Source: an uncultured Spirochaetota bacterium (lineage in GTDB: Bacteria; Spirochaetota; Spirochaetia; SZUA-6; Fen-1364). Taken from it: a stretch of DNA of 64,000 nt. Below, piece by piece: positions 39,101-49,857 of the stretch. The first letter of the stretch is position 1, and each line of letters opens with the position of its first letter. The notes beneath the pieces are model-generated. The model was not told the origin of the DNA. It made no database searches and saw only the letters and a list, made by a program, of their open reading frames with translations. Where the stretch lies: the NCBI GenBank assembly GCA_963781885.1, contig CAWAHW010000002.1, positions 864,001 to 928,000 on the forward strand, given 5' to 3'. The position numbers and the translations under genes were made by a program.

Positions 39101-41941
39101 ATGATTTTCTCAATCGGTGACCTGATCACCCTTGTCGTCGTCCTTCTCATTCTTGTCATCTACCGTGCGCTGGACAGAAGCAACAGATCCCTCGAAAAGC
39201 TGAAGAGATTCAGCGACAAGATCACGGAGAACCTGTCGGCGCTCGTGCAGGAGAAGACCGCGGAGGTGAAGGAGCTTTCCGTCGAGCTCCAGGCGAGCCT
39301 CAAGCTGGGCAAGGACGTTGTGGCGCGCGCCCGGAGCGTCGAAGAGATTCTCGATACGCGTAGCGCGGACGTGGAGGCCATCCAGGAGCGCTTCGTGGAA
39401 TACGACAAGACCCTCGCGGAGCTCACTGCCATGTCCGCGCGCGTGGACAAGAACCTGCTGCGCATCCGCGATGAATCGGAGTTCGTCGACGGCGTCGAGC
39501 GCCGGATCGGCGAATCTTCCAAGCGCATGGAGTCCATCGAGCAGCGCATCCCCGGCATGGAGAAAAGCTTCGCGGAGCAGTGCCGGGACGGCCTGGAAGC
39601 CGCGCGGGAGGAGGTCCTCTCCGTCGTGGAAAGGAAGGTCGCGGCGCTCGACGCGAGCCTCGTCGACGCGGAAAAGAAGGTGAAGGACTTCTCCGCGTAC
39701 ATGGCGCGCCTGGAGGCGCGCGAAGAGCAGACGGAGAAGGAGCGCGTCGCGGCGCTGGCGAAAACCCTGGATGCATTCGATGCGGACCTGCGCGGCAAGC
39801 TTTCGCAGGCGGCGAAGAAGGGCGAGTCCCTGGAGGACGAGGTGTTCGCCCGTCTCACCGCGCGGATCGCGGAAGACGAAACGGCCGTCGGAAAAAGCAT
39901 CGAAGCGCTGGAAGCGCGCGTCGCCGACTACCAGGGTGACGTGGACTACCGCGTGAAATCGCTGGAGGAAGCGAACGCCGACATCGACGCGATGCGCGCG
40001 TCGCTTACAGAGACGATGGAGCGCATGGCGGGCGGCATCCGCGGGGAGATGAAATCTCTAGGCGCGAATCTTGTCGCCGGCTGGACCTCGGAGATCGCGG
40101 CTGCTTCCACCGCGCGCGAGCAGCTGCGCGCCGGCATGGGCGAGCTGGAGACGGGACTGGCGGCGCTGAAGACGCGCGCGTACCAGGACGTGGAGAGCAA
40201 GCTCTCCGTCTTCGAAGACGAGTTCTTCGTGGATCTGCGCGCGCGCTCCGCCGCGATGCAGGAAAAGCTCGTGGCGTGGCAGGCGGACATGGAAAAGCGC
40301 GCCGCCGATTTCGAAACCGAGGTCAAGGAACGCGTCGCCGCCGCCGACGAGTCGATGCTCGCGCTGCGCGAGTCGCTGCGCGCCGACACGGAGAAGGCCA
40401 AGAAGGATGCGTCGCTCGCGTTTGAGAAGGACCTTGCCGGCGTGCGGGACACACTGGAATCGGGCACACGCAAGATGCACCGCGAGATAGAGGCGGGGCT
40501 CAAGGAGCTCTCCGGGGAGCTGGATGCCGGCCGCAAGGAGCTTGCCGAGCTCTTCGATGCGTCACGGGCGGAGGTTGCCGTCTGGGAGGGCAGGGCGAAG
40601 CAGCAGCTCGCCGAGACGGAGCTTGCCATCGCGGAGCGCATCTCCTCGCTTTCCACGGATGCATCGTCCTCCATCGGCTCGCTCCGCGACGCCTTTGCGG
40701 CGCAGAAGGAAGACCTCCTGGTCTCCACGAATGAAGAGCGCATGTCGTTGCGCAAGGAGCTCTCCGACATGGGAGAGGCTATTGCCTCCTACAAGTCGGA
40801 GATGGGCAGGTCCACGGAATCCGCGATGGAGTCGCTTCGCGGCCAGATGGATGCCTTCCAGGTGGAAAGCCAGAAGAAGCTCCGCGACCTGCAGACCGAC
40901 GTGGAGGCGCGCATCAAGGAGCACAAGCAGCAGCTCGCCGACGCGCGGGAAAAGTCGGACGCCCTCCAGGAGAAGCTCTTCGGCAAGATCGAGGAGAGCT
41001 ACCGGCTCCTGTCGGTGAACATCGGAGAGATCGACAAGCGGGTGAAGAACTTCATGTCGCAGACACGCCTTTTCGAGCGCGCCGATTCCCTGAAGGCGGC
41101 GCTGGAGGGCACGATCGACGAGATGAAGAAGGAAATGGCGAAGCTGAACGCGGAGCGCGCGGAGATCGTGGAGATCGAGGTGCAGCTCACAAAGACGCGC
41201 AAGGTGGCCGACGAGGTGTCGGGGAAGCTCACGCGCTTCCTCACGGAGAAGCGCCGCATCGAGGACATGGACGGGGAGTTCAAGAAGATCATTGCCCTCT
41301 CGCGCGACGTCGACCTGAAGCTCGACACCCTGTCCACCAGCAGCGACGCCCTGCAGCAGATCCAGGCCAAGGTCCGCCAGTTCGAGGAGATGGGCAAGGC
41401 GGTGGAAGGCGGTTTCGAAAGGCTGGAAAAGAAGAAGGAAATACTTTCCATCACGTCGGAAGGCGTGGACAGGAACTTCCAGAGGCTGGAAGGCATCGAG
41501 AAGACGCTCCAGGACGCCGACAAGGCCGCCCTCGATCTTTCGGGCAAGATCATGTCCCTGCAGTCGGAGTACAGCCTCCTGGCGAGCAACAAGAAGGACG
41601 CGGAGACCGCGATGGAGACCGTGGGCAAGCTCGGCAGCATCATGGTGGAGCTGGAAGGACGCCTGGAAAAGGCCCAGAGCTCGCGGGAATGGATGGCGCG
41701 CACGGAAACGCGCTTCGAGGAGATCGGCCGGCAGGCCCAGGAGCAGGTGCGGCTCCTGGAAAGCATCGTGAAGGCGGAGACGAAGAAAGAGAAAACCGAC
41801 CGCGGCGCGCCGCCCATGGACAAGAGGGAGACGGTGGTGAAGCTGTCCCACCAGGGATGGTCGGTGCAGGAGATATCCCGCGTCACGCAGTTGAGCAGGG
41901 GCGAGGTGGAGCTGATCCTGGAGCTCGCGCCCAAGGTCTGA
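39101..41941 (+). CDS. Membrane-anchored long coiled-coil protein with C-terminal HTH (spirochaete SpiroCoCo-like)
   Basis: N-term TM then YR.LD..NRSLEK.K.F; ~850 aa heptad-rich; C-term V.KL..QGW...EI.....LS.GEVELILE. Confidence 0.8.
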   Translation: MIFSIGDLITLVVVLLILVIYRALDRSNRSLEKLKRFSDKITENLSALVQEKTAEVKELSVELQASLKLGKDVVARARSVEEILDTRSADVEAIQERFVEYDKTLAELTAMSARVDKNLLRIRDESEFVDGVERRIGESSKRMESIEQRIPGMEKSFAEQCRDGLEAAREEVLSVVERKVAALDASLVDAEKKVKDFSAYMARLEAREEQTEKERVAALAKTLDAFDADLRGKLSQAAKKGESLEDEVFARLTARIAEDETAVGKSIEALEARVADYQGDVDYRVKSLEEANADIDAMRASLTETMERMAGGIRGEMKSLGANLVAGWTSEIAAASTAREQLRAGMGELETGLAALKTRAYQDVESKLSVFEDEFFVDLRARSAAMQEKLVAWQADMEKRAADFETEVKERVAAADESMLALRESLRADTEKAKKDASLAFEKDLAGVRDTLESGTRKMHREIEAGLKELSGELDAGRKELAELFDASRAEVAVWEGRAKQQLAETELAIAERISSLSTDASSSIGSLRDAFAAQKEDLLVSTNEERMSLRKELSDMGEAIASYKSEMGRSTESAMESLRGQMDAFQVESQKKLRDLQTDVEARIKEHKQQLADAREKSDALQEKLFGKIEESYRLLSVNIGEIDKRVKNFMSQTRLFERADSLKAALEGTIDEMKKEMAKLNAERAEIVEIEVQLTKTRKVADEVSGKLTRFLTEKRRIEDMDGEFKKIIALSRDVDLKLDTLSTSSDALQQIQAKVRQFEEMGKAVEGGFERLEKKKEILSITSEGVDRNFQRLEGIEKTLQDADKAALDLSGKIMSLQSEYSLLASNKKDAETAMETVGKLGSIMVELEGRLEKAQSSREWMARTETRFEEIGRQAQEQVRLLESIVKAETKKEKTDRGAPPMDKRETVVKLSHQGWSVQEISRVTQLSRGEVELILELAPKV

Positions 41942-41982
41942 AGACGGGAGGCCGTGAGCTCCTGTCAGCCCTCCGAAAGTGC

Positions 41983-42011
41983 TTGACCTGAAGGGGCGCC
42001 ATCTTTACATT
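41983..42011 (+). promoter_or_regulatory. sigma70-type promoter of grpE-dnaK-dnaJ
   Basis: TTGACC-N17-TACATT. Confidence 0.6.
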
Positions 42012-42045
42012 TTCACTAAACCTATTCTCTCTCCAGGCGGTACTG

Positions 42046-42768
42046 ATGTCGAAAAAGAAGGACCAGGAAGAGGTCTCTGAGGGGTCGCAGAATGCCTCCG
42101 CGGCAGGCGGGAAAGCCAGCGCGGGAGGAGACGCAGCAAAGGCGGGACAGAAGCCGGTCGCGGAGCCGTCCGGTGCGGCGACGTCTGTCCCCGGGGCGTC
42201 TGAAGCCGCCTCGGCCGGCCCCTGCGAAAGCGCGGAAGACCGCATCGCCGCCCTGGAAGCAGAGACCGCGGACCTGAAAGACAAGCTCCTGCGCAAGCAG
42301 GCGGATTTTGAAAACTACCGCAAGAGGATGCTCCGCGAGAGGGAAGATTCTACACGGTATTCCAACGCCGCGCTCCTTTCCGACATCATCGGGCTGATCG
42401 ACGATTTCGAGCGCGCCATCAAGTCCGCGGAAGAGTCGCACGACTTTCCCACGTTCCTCCAGGGCATCAGCATGATCGAAAAGCAGTTCATCGAGATGCT
42501 GGAGAGCCGTTGGGGGCTGAAGCGCTTCTCTTCGGTTGGCGAAGGCTTCGATCCCAACCGGCACGAGGCAGTCCTGCGCGTCGAAGGACCGTCCACGACA
42601 AAGCCCGTGGTGGTGGAGGATTTCCAGAAGGGCTACTTCCTGCACGAGCGCGTCCTGCGTCCCGCGCGCGTGAAGGTGATGGTTCCGGGCACCGGGCCCG
42701 CTGCTGCCGCGTCGCCGGAGCACCCGGCTGAAAACGTTCCGGACGAGCCGACCGGGACAGGGACGTAA
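42046..42768 (+). CDS. grpE: Nucleotide exchange factor GrpE
   Basis: [31 protein letters not shown]. Confidence 0.98.
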   Translation: MSKKKDQEEVSEGSQNASAAGGKASAGGDAAKAGQKPVAEPSGAATSVPGASEAASAGPCESAEDRIAALEAETADLKDKLLRKQADFENYRKRMLREREDSTRYSNAALLSDIIGLIDDFERAIKSAEESHDFPTFLQGISMIEKQFIEMLESRWGLKRFSSVGEGFDPNRHEAVLRVEGPSTTKPVVVEDFQKGYFLHERVLRPARVKVMVPGTGPAAAASPEHPAENVPDEPTGTGT

Positions 42769-42779
42769 GGCGCGCGGGC

Positions 42780-44693
42780 ATGGGAAAGATCATCGGCATA
42801 GACCTGGGAACCACCAATTCGTGCGTCGCCATCATGGAAGGCGGCCAGCCCGTTGTGATCCCCAACTCCGAAGGACAGCGTACCACTCCCTCCATCGTCG
42901 CGTTTACGGACAAGGGCGAGCGCCTGGTGGGTCAGCCGGCCAAGAACCAGATGATCACGAATCCCGACAGCACCGTCTACTCCATCAAACGCTTCATGGG
43001 CAGACGATTCGACGAGGTGAAGGAGGAGATCGACAGGGTCCCCTTCACGGTGAGCGAATCGGGCAATGACGTGCGCGTCCAGATTCGCGACTCGCTCTAT
43101 TCCCCGCCGGAGATTTCCGCGGCAATCCTCCAGAAGATGCGCAAGACCGCGGAGGACTATCTCGGGGAGCCGGTCACGGACGCGGTCGTCACGGTGCCGG
43201 CCTACTTCAACGACGCGCAGCGGCAGGCGACAAAGGACGCGGGCAGAATCGCCGGGCTGGACGTGAAGCGCATCGTGAACGAGCCCACGGCGGCGGCTCT
43301 GGCCTACGGCCTGGACCGCGGCGGCCGCGAGGAGACCATTGCCGTCTATGACCTGGGCGGCGGCACGTTCGACATCTCCATCCTCGAGCTGGGCGACGGC
43401 GTCTTCGAGGTGAAGTCCACCAATGGCGACACGCACCTGGGCGGCGACGATTTTGACCAGCGCATCATCGAATGGCTCGTCGGCGGTTTCAAGAAGGAAA
43501 CGGGCATCGACCTGATGCGGGACCGGATGGCGCTCCAGAGGCTCAAGGAGGCCGCGGAGAAGGCCAAGATAGAGCTTTCCAGCACGCAGACCACCACGAT
43601 CAATCTCCCGTTCATCACGGCCGACCAGACGGGTCCGCGCCACCTCACGCAGACACTCACGCGTGCCCGGCTCGAGCAGCTCCTGGACGATCTCTTTGAG
43701 AAGACGCGCGGTCCCTGTCTCCAGGCGCTGCGCGATGCGTCGCTGAAGGCGGAGGCTATCGATCACGTGATCCTCGTCGGGGGCTCCACGCGCATTCCCG
43801 CCGTCCAGGCGATCGTGAAGGAGATCTTCGGCAAGGAAGGAAGCAAGGGAGTCAACCCCGACGAAGTGGTGGCTGTCGGCGCCTCCATCCAGGGCGGCAT
43901 CCTGGGCGGCGAGGTCAAGGACGTTCTCCTGCTCGACGTCACACCACTGTCGCTGGGCATTGAGACTCTGGGCGGCGTGTCCACCCGGTTGATCGACCGC
44001 AATACCACCATCCCCACGCGAAAGGCGCAGACTTTTTCCACCGCGTCCGACAGCCAGACCGCGGTTTCCATCCACGTCCTGCAGGGCGAGCGCGAGATGG
44101 CAAGCCAGAACCGGACCCTCGGCAGGTTCGATCTCGTCGGCATCCCCCCCGCCCCCCGCGGCGTCCCGCAGATCGAGGTTGCATTCGATATCGACGCCAA
44201 CGGCATTGTCCACGTCTCCGCCAAGGACCTGGGCACGGGCAAGGAGCAGAAGATACGCATCGAAAGCTCGTCCGGCCTCTCGGAGGACGAGATCAAGCGC
44301 ATGGTGAAAGAGGCGGAGTCGCACGCCGCGGAGGACCGCCGGGAGCGGGAGCGGGCGGAGATGCGCAACGCCGCGGATTCGCTTCTCTACGCGACGGAAA
44401 AGTCCCTTCGCGACCTCGGGGAAAAGGCGCGGTCGTCGGACAAGGAAGCCATTGAGAGCGCGGCGGCGGAGCTTCGCGCGGCACTGCAATCGGAGGACCC
44501 GGGCCTCATCAAGGGCCGCATGGATGCGCTGCAGCGCGCGGCGTACGTGTTGGCCGAAGAGGTGTACAAAGAGCCGCAGGCAGCGGCGACCCCCGACAAC
44601 GGCGCGACCGGTGGCGCGGAGAAGCAGAAGCGCCGCGCCCGCAAGGACGGCAGCGACCGCGGCGATGACGTCGACTACGAGGTGGTCGAGTAA
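42780..44693 (+). CDS. dnaK: Chaperone DnaK
   Basis: [33 protein letters not shown]. Confidence 0.99.
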   Translation: MGKIIGIDLGTTNSCVAIMEGGQPVVIPNSEGQRTTPSIVAFTDKGERLVGQPAKNQMITNPDSTVYSIKRFMGRRFDEVKEEIDRVPFTVSESGNDVRVQIRDSLYSPPEISAAILQKMRKTAEDYLGEPVTDAVVTVPAYFNDAQRQATKDAGRIAGLDVKRIVNEPTAAALAYGLDRGGREETIAVYDLGGGTFDISILELGDGVFEVKSTNGDTHLGGDDFDQRIIEWLVGGFKKETGIDLMRDRMALQRLKEAAEKAKIELSSTQTTTINLPFITADQTGPRHLTQTLTRARLEQLLDDLFEKTRGPCLQALRDASLKAEAIDHVILVGGSTRIPAVQAIVKEIFGKEGSKGVNPDEVVAVGASIQGGILGGEVKDVLLLDVTPLSLGIETLGGVSTRLIDRNTTIPTRKAQTFSTASDSQTAVSIHVLQGEREMASQNRTLGRFDLVGIPPAPRGVPQIEVAFDIDANGIVHVSAKDLGTGKEQKIRIESSSGLSEDEIKRMVKEAESHAAEDRRERERAEMRNAADSLLYATEKSLRDLGEKARSSDKEAIESAAAELRAALQSEDPGLIKGRMDALQRAAYVLAEEVYKEPQAAATPDNGATGGAEKQKRRARKDGSDRGDDVDYEVVE

Positions 44694-44696
44694 TCG

Positions 44697-45833
44697 ATGG
44701 CAAAAAGAGACTTTTACGAGGTGCTCGGCGTCCAGAAGGGCGCCTCCCGCGAAGAGATCAAGAAGGCCTACCGGCAGCTCGCCATCAAGCATCATCCGGA
44801 CCGCAACCCGGACAGCAAGGACGCGGAGGAGAAGTTCAAGGAGGCCACGGAGGCCTACGAGATACTCGCCGACGACCACAAAAGGCAGGCATACGACCAG
44901 TACGGCATGGCGGGGCTCAAGGGCATGGGCCAGCCCAGCGCCCAGGATTTCTCCTCCATCTTCCAGGGGTTCGAAGACATATTCGGCGACGTGAGCGGCA
45001 TCTTCGATTCCTTCTTCGGCGGCGGCGGGCAGCGGCGGCGCTCGGGCGGCCGGGGCAACGGGCAGCGCGGTTCCGACCTGCGCTACGACATGGAAATCAG
45101 CTTCCTGGAGGCCGCATTCGGCGTCAAGAAAGAGGTCACCTATGCCCGCGCGGAGCGCTGCGACGCGTGCAAGGGCACTGGTGCGGACAAGGACAGCGGC
45201 CGCAAGCTGTGTCCCACCTGCGGCGGCTCCGGCCAGGTGCGGCGGAACTCGGGCTTTTTTTCCATCGCCTCGACCTGTCCGAGCTGCAACGGGGAAGGGG
45301 AGATCATCGAGCGGCCGTGCTCCGAATGCCGGGGCGTCGGCACGCTGCGAAGGTCGCGCACCATCACGATCACCATCCCCGCCGGCATCGAAGACGGGAA
45401 GCGCTTGAGCCTTGCGGGGCAGGGGGACGCGGGATCAAACGGCAGCCACGACGGGGACCTGTACGTGTTCCTGAAGGTGCAGCCGCACGAATGCTTCGAG
45501 CGTGACGGCAAGGACATCTACTGTGCCATCCCCATCTCCATCACGCAGGCCGCACTCGGGGCCGATATCCAGATCCCGACGCTGGACGACAAGACGGTGA
45601 AGATCAGCGTTCCCGCCGGCACGCAGAACGGCCGCATCCTGCGGCTCCGCGGTGAGGGGATACCGGAGCTGCATTCCACGAGCCGTCGCGGCGACATGTA
45701 CGTCAAGATCATTGTGCGCGTGCCGACGAAGCTCAGCGGAAAGATGCGGGAGCTGCTAAAAGAGCTTGCGGCGGCAAATGGTGAAGACGCCACGCCGCGT
45801 CCCATTCCCCTTTCAGAGCTGAAACAGCAGTAG
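44697..45833 (+). CDS. dnaJ: Chaperone DnaJ
   Basis: J domain HPD, G/F region, four CxxCxGxG repeats. Confidence 0.99.
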   Translation: MAKRDFYEVLGVQKGASREEIKKAYRQLAIKHHPDRNPDSKDAEEKFKEATEAYEILADDHKRQAYDQYGMAGLKGMGQPSAQDFSSIFQGFEDIFGDVSGIFDSFFGGGGQRRRSGGRGNGQRGSDLRYDMEISFLEAAFGVKKEVTYARAERCDACKGTGADKDSGRKLCPTCGGSGQVRRNSGFFSIASTCPSCNGEGEIIERPCSECRGVGTLRRSRTITITIPAGIEDGKRLSLAGQGDAGSNGSHDGDLYVFLKVQPHECFERDGKDIYCAIPISITQAALGADIQIPTLDDKTVKISVPAGTQNGRILRLRGEGIPELHSTSRRGDMYVKIIVRVPTKLSGKMRELLKELAAANGEDATPRPIPLSELKQQ

Positions 45834-45899
45834 CGGCGCCTGCCGCAAGCGCCACGGCAGCGCAGGGCAGCGCACCGTTGCGGCCGGCGTGATTCGTCC

Positions 45900-45928
45900 T
45901 TGACCCGGCGGAAGCGCGGCCATACAAT
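45900..45928 (+). promoter_or_regulatory. sigma70-type promoter
   Basis: TTGACC-N17-TACAAT. Confidence 0.65.
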
Positions 45929-45940
45929 CCGTTTCAGAAT

Positions 45941-47332
45941 GTGCAGATCAAAATGTCGGTGATGCCGTGGATCGCCGGCGCGGCGACCCTGAAGGCCGGT
46001 ATCTGCTTTCTTCTCGCCGCCCAGGTGCTCCTGGTGATCGTCCGCGTGCGTGCAGACTTCATCCGTATCGAGCACCTGCTGCTCTGCTTCTTCTGCGCTG
46101 CCCTTGCGGCGGCCGTCATCATGCGGCCGGCGGGCTTCCCCCGTCCAATCGTGCTCGTCCTTGTCGATTGGGCAGCAGCGGGCTTTCTATTGCGGGCGCG
46201 GCGCATGCACGGGCTGGCATTGTGGTCAGGGGCAAGCGCGGCGGTCATCGGGCTCTTCCTGCTCACCGGTGTCATGGGCTTTGGCAAGACGCTGCCCTTC
46301 CTTCTTCTGAGCGCCTTTGCCCTCCTGTCCCTGTCCGCCGTGCCGCTCGCGCTTCTTTTGCGCATCCATCGGGAAAGAAGGACCCCGGAGGCACTGGTGG
46401 CTTTTCTGGCGGGAGCCTTGTGGCTCGCGGCGGGCGCGGCGGACACCTGCCTGCGCGCAGCCGGCAGCGCACCGCTTTTCCTTTCATCCGTGGCGGTGCT
46501 CGCAATGACGTGCTGCACGGGCTGGCTTATCTTCCAGCAAGGCTACCCGCTGCAACCCGGCTGGGACGGGGCCCTTCCCGCCGTGTTGCCGCATGATATC
46601 GCCGGTGCCCTCTCCGCGCGTCTCCTTGCAAGCGAGACCGCGCTTTCAGTCCAGAACAGGCTCATCGGGTCGGGCATACTCGCGGCAGGTGCGGCGCACG
46701 AGTTCAAGAACACACTGTCTCACGTGAGCGCTGCCGCGCAACACGGCTTGACGCTTCCCGATGCAGAGGGCAAGGACGAAAGCCTGCGCCTCATCATCGA
46801 TCACATTCGGGCGGGCCGCGACTCCGCCGTGGAAGTGCTGGAAAGGATCGCCGCCTCGGGCGACGAGGCGCCGCGCGTCATCGACGCGGCCCGCGACATG
46901 GCGCGGCTCATCCGCATGTGCCAGGCCGCCTTCCGCCCGCTTTCGGTTGCAATAGAATCCGCGCTCGATCCCGGTGTCCTGTTCCGCGCCCGCCGCTCGG
47001 ACGTGGAGCTGGTGCTCCTCAACCTGCTGCGCAATGCCGCTGATGCCGGCCGGGATCCACCCCATGGCGGGCTTTCCCGCATCACTGTGCGCGCCCAGGT
47101 CCAAAATGATGCGGCGGTGATCGAGGTGAGCGACGACGCGGGCGGCATTCCGGAAGAGCACCTCCACCGTCTCTTCCGACCCGGCGTCTCCCAGACAGGC
47201 GGCACCGGAGTGGGGCTGTATCTTTCCCGCAATCTCGTGCAAGCAAATGGCGGAACGATGGAATACCGGCCGATTGAGGGCGGCAGCATGTTCCGTCTTG
47301 TGTTTCCGGCGGCGTCGAACGGCGAGCAGTGA
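45941..47332 (+). CDS. Membrane sensor histidine kinase
   Basis: Multi-TM N-terminus; H-box AHEFKN, N-box NLLRNA, DDAGGI, GGTGVGL. Confidence 0.88.
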   Translation: MQIKMSVMPWIAGAATLKAGICFLLAAQVLLVIVRVRADFIRIEHLLLCFFCAALAAAVIMRPAGFPRPIVLVLVDWAAAGFLLRARRMHGLALWSGASAAVIGLFLLTGVMGFGKTLPFLLLSAFALLSLSAVPLALLLRIHRERRTPEALVAFLAGALWLAAGAADTCLRAAGSAPLFLSSVAVLAMTCCTGWLIFQQGYPLQPGWDGALPAVLPHDIAGALSARLLASETALSVQNRLIGSGILAAGAAHEFKNTLSHVSAAAQHGLTLPDAEGKDESLRLIIDHIRAGRDSAVEVLERIAASGDEAPRVIDAARDMARLIRMCQAAFRPLSVAIESALDPGVLFRARRSDVELVLLNLLRNAADAGRDPPHGGLSRITVRAQVQNDAAVIEVSDDAGGIPEEHLHRLFRPGVSQTGGTGVGLYLSRNLVQANGGTMEYRPIEGGSMFRLVFPAASNGEQ

Positions 47333-47355
47333 CCCTGGTCCAATGGCATCGAAGT

Positions 47356-47397
47356 AAAAAAATGGGGCTGTCCTCGAATAGCTCCTGGGACAGCCCC
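47356..47397 (-). terminator. Rho-independent terminator between convergent genes
   Basis: GGGGCTGTCC/GGACAGCCCC stem with A7 tract (U tract on minus strand). Confidence 0.75.
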
Positions 47398-47428
47398 TTC
47401 CTGATTTAATGCCGGTGGAATCTCTAGT

Positions 47429-48031
47429 CTAGTACATTCCTACCGCGGCCCCTTCATAGTCGTAGTAATCAATGTATGCGTCAATAGTCTTGTTGTCCAT
47501 GCCGCTCAGGCTGATATTGGAGGTCCAGCCATTGTTATAAAAGTCTGCGGTTCTGCGGCCCGAGTAGTCTTGGTTGCTCTGATAAAACTCCGCAGGGTCC
47601 CAGACGCCTGTTTCATCCGTATCCAACCAAACCCTGACCGTGTAATTCCCGTCCGCCACCGCCGGGAATGTGACAGTGACGGGATATCGCCCTGCCAGGT
47701 AGTGATAGTAGATATCGGTGTAAGTGTAGTCCGGCTGGTATCCCGTGGTCTTGCCGGCGTACTGCTCCTTGTGAGCAACGACCGTATGGTTGCTGTTGTC
47801 GATCAGATCGATATCAACCTTACTGTATCCATCGGAGCCCCAAGGATACGACACGTAGTTAGGATCGGTCCAGAGATACGCTTGGACGTTCAGGGTGCTG
47901 TTGTTCGTCACCGTCGTTCCATGTCCAGTCTCGTTGGGGAATAGGTTCTCGAGTATCTGATTGCAGCCTGCAAGAACGAACATTGCAGCCAGCGCCAGTA
48001 CGAGAATGGGTAGTATTTTCTTGATCTTCAT
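47429..48031 (-). CDS. Hypothetical lipoprotein
   Basis: MKIKK + hydrophobic core + lipobox LAGC; Tyr/Asp/Asn-rich beta domain. Confidence 0.75.
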   Translation of the reverse strand: MKIKKILPILVLALAAMFVLAGCNQILENLFPNETGHGTTVTNNSTLNVQAYLWTDPNYVSYPWGSDGYSKVDIDLIDNSNHTVVAHKEQYAGKTTGYQPDYTYTDIYYHYLAGRYPVTVTFPAVADGNYTVRVWLDTDETGVWDPAEFYQSNQDYSGRRTADFYNNGWTSNISLSGMDNKTIDAYIDYYDYEGAAVGMY

Positions 48032-48043
48032 TTCCTGCCTCCC

Positions 48044-48619
48044 TTAGAAGTAGAAGGTCAAATAAATGGCCGGAACCAGACCGCCGGTGAGATCACTCAG
48101 GGCCTTGGTTCTTGTACTGGAGGAGAACAGACCCCCAATCGTCGAAGTCAGGAGCTCAAAGGAGCTGAACGCAGAGGTTCCTGACACGCCAACTCCCCAC
48201 CAGCCAAAGTTCAGGCCTCCGGAAAGTCTAAGGTTGGCGCCCCAGCTTCCATTGCTGGGCCCTTCGCCGTTGTAGAAGTAGACGTAGTTGGTGCCAATTT
48301 CGGCCGCGAGCTCAAAAGGTCTAAGCTTGAATCTTAGCCCCGCGTCAAAATAGTTGATGAATCCGGGGACATACCAGCCCGTCAGGCTATTCATGGTAGC
48401 TGAGTTTATCGCCAGCGAGTCCCAGCTTCCCGTGAGAATAAACCAGTCGTACGCTGCATGAAATCCGAGAATGGAGTCAGTGCTTGAAGCTTGATTCTGC
48501 AGGAATGACGTAGATGTCCACGACATGCCCAGCTCGAGCTGCGACGGCCTGGCAAATGCCGAGGGAACCGCCAGCGCCAGAAGCAGGACTACTGCCAAAG
48601 GCACCAAAATCTTCTTCAT
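48044..48619 (-). CDS. Putative small outer-membrane beta-barrel protein
   Basis: Signal peptide ending AFA, amphipathic strands, C-terminal YLTFYF; AGGAGG RBS. Confidence 0.7.
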   Translation of the reverse strand: MKKILVPLAVVLLLALAVPSAFARPSQLELGMSWTSTSFLQNQASSTDSILGFHAAYDWFILTGSWDSLAINSATMNSLTGWYVPGFINYFDAGLRFKLRPFELAAEIGTNYVYFYNGEGPSNGSWGANLRLSGGLNFGWWGVGVSGTSAFSSFELLTSTIGGLFSSSTRTKALSDLTGGLVPAIYLTFYF

Positions 48620-48767
48620 GAAATTGCCTCCTACGCTCCCCTGACCGGGGAGGATTAGTGTGCTTGTCAATATTATAACACCCAGCGTCTCCAAAACCAA
48701 CACCACCCTGCATCCGCGCAATCTTTGCCTTGATACGCCCGCGCCCCCGCTGATACTATGAGGCTGG

Positions 48768-49853
48768 ATGGGCCTCACGATTCTCGCCATCAACCCTGGC
48801 TCGACCTCCACGAAGTGCGCGATCTACAGGGACGCGGAAGAAGCATGGAAAAAGGGGGTTTCGCACGCACCGGAGGACCTGGGGCGCTTCCGGCGCCTCC
48901 AGGAGCAGCTTGCATACCGTACGGCCGCCGTGCGCAGCGGCCTGCAAGAGTCTGGCATACCCCTGTCAGAGATATCAGCCATTGTTGGAAGGGGGGGCCT
49001 CCTCAAGCCCCTGGAAGGCGGCGTCTACGAGGTCAATGACCGCATGAAGGCCGATCTTGTCGCCTGCAGGTACGGGATCCACGCATCCAATCTCGGTGCT
49101 CTCATCGCTGATTCGCTCGCATCGGAGCTTGGGGTCCGGGCATTCATCGTCGACCCGGTCGTGGTGGACGAGCTTGCCGACGTTTCGCGCTTTTCCGGTA
49201 TTCCCGAGATTCCTCGGCGGTCGATTTTTCATGCCCTCAACCAGAAGGCCGCGGCCAAGAGGGCTGCGCGATCCCTTGGCAAGCCGTATGCCGACTGCAC
49301 GCTGGTGGTCGCGCATCTCGGCGGCGGCAGCTCCATCGGCCTGCACCTGCGGGGCCGGGTCGTCGACGTGAACAATGCGCTGGATGGGGATGGGCCGTTC
49401 TCCATCGAGCGCGCGGGCACGGTTCCCGCGGGGGACTGGATGCGGTGGGTCCTCTCGCACCAGCACGACCCCGAGGCCCTTCAGCTCAAGCTCACGGGCA
49501 GAGGGGGATTGGTGGGGTACCTGGGGACCAACGATTTCCCGTCAATCGAATGCTCCGCGGAGGGAAAAGGCCCGCTGGACGCGGCGCGCTCGGACCAGCT
49601 CATCCATGCCCTGTGCTACCAGGTGTCAAAGGCGATAGCAGGGCTCGCCGCCTTTACCAACGGGGCCGTGGACGCTGTCGTGCTCACCGGCGGCCTTGCC
49701 TTTTCGCGCCGCGTGGTCCGGGAGATCACGGAGCGCGTCTCATTTCTCGCTCCGGTGCTTGTCTTTGCCGGCGAGAACGAGCTGGAGGCGCTCGTCATGG
49801 GGGTGCGGGAGGTGCTCCTGGGAGAAACCGATGTCCGAACGTATGAGGGGTGA
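48768..49853 (+). CDS. buk: Butyrate kinase
   Basis: INPGSTSTK, GRGG, HASNLG, FHALNQKA, HLGGG, LTGG. Confidence 0.96.
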   Translation: MGLTILAINPGSTSTKCAIYRDAEEAWKKGVSHAPEDLGRFRRLQEQLAYRTAAVRSGLQESGIPLSEISAIVGRGGLLKPLEGGVYEVNDRMKADLVACRYGIHASNLGALIADSLASELGVRAFIVDPVVVDELADVSRFSGIPEIPRRSIFHALNQKAAAKRAARSLGKPYADCTLVVAHLGGGSSIGLHLRGRVVDVNNALDGDGPFSIERAGTVPAGDWMRWVLSHQHDPEALQLKLTGRGGLVGYLGTNDFPSIECSAEGKGPLDAARSDQLIHALCYQVSKAIAGLAAFTNGAVDAVVLTGGLAFSRRVVREITERVSFLAPVLVFAGENELEALVMGVREVLLGETDVRTYEG

Positions 49854-49857
49854 GGAA

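Noticed and set aside
41942-42045. CIRCE element or hrcA upstream of grpE
   Set aside because: No TTAGCACTC-N9-GAGTGCTAA and no hrcA ORF; only a sigma70-like promoter is visible.
42633-44879. 748-aa ORF antisense to dnaK
   Set aside because: Antisense shadow ORF caused by codon bias in a high-GC gene; no independent RBS or motifs.
45834-45895. GC-rich hairpins after dnaJ (also ~16240-16285 and ~52171-52210) as repeat-family members
   Set aside because: Stems are imperfect and the AAAT foot is unclear; cannot be separated from chance GC pairing by eye.
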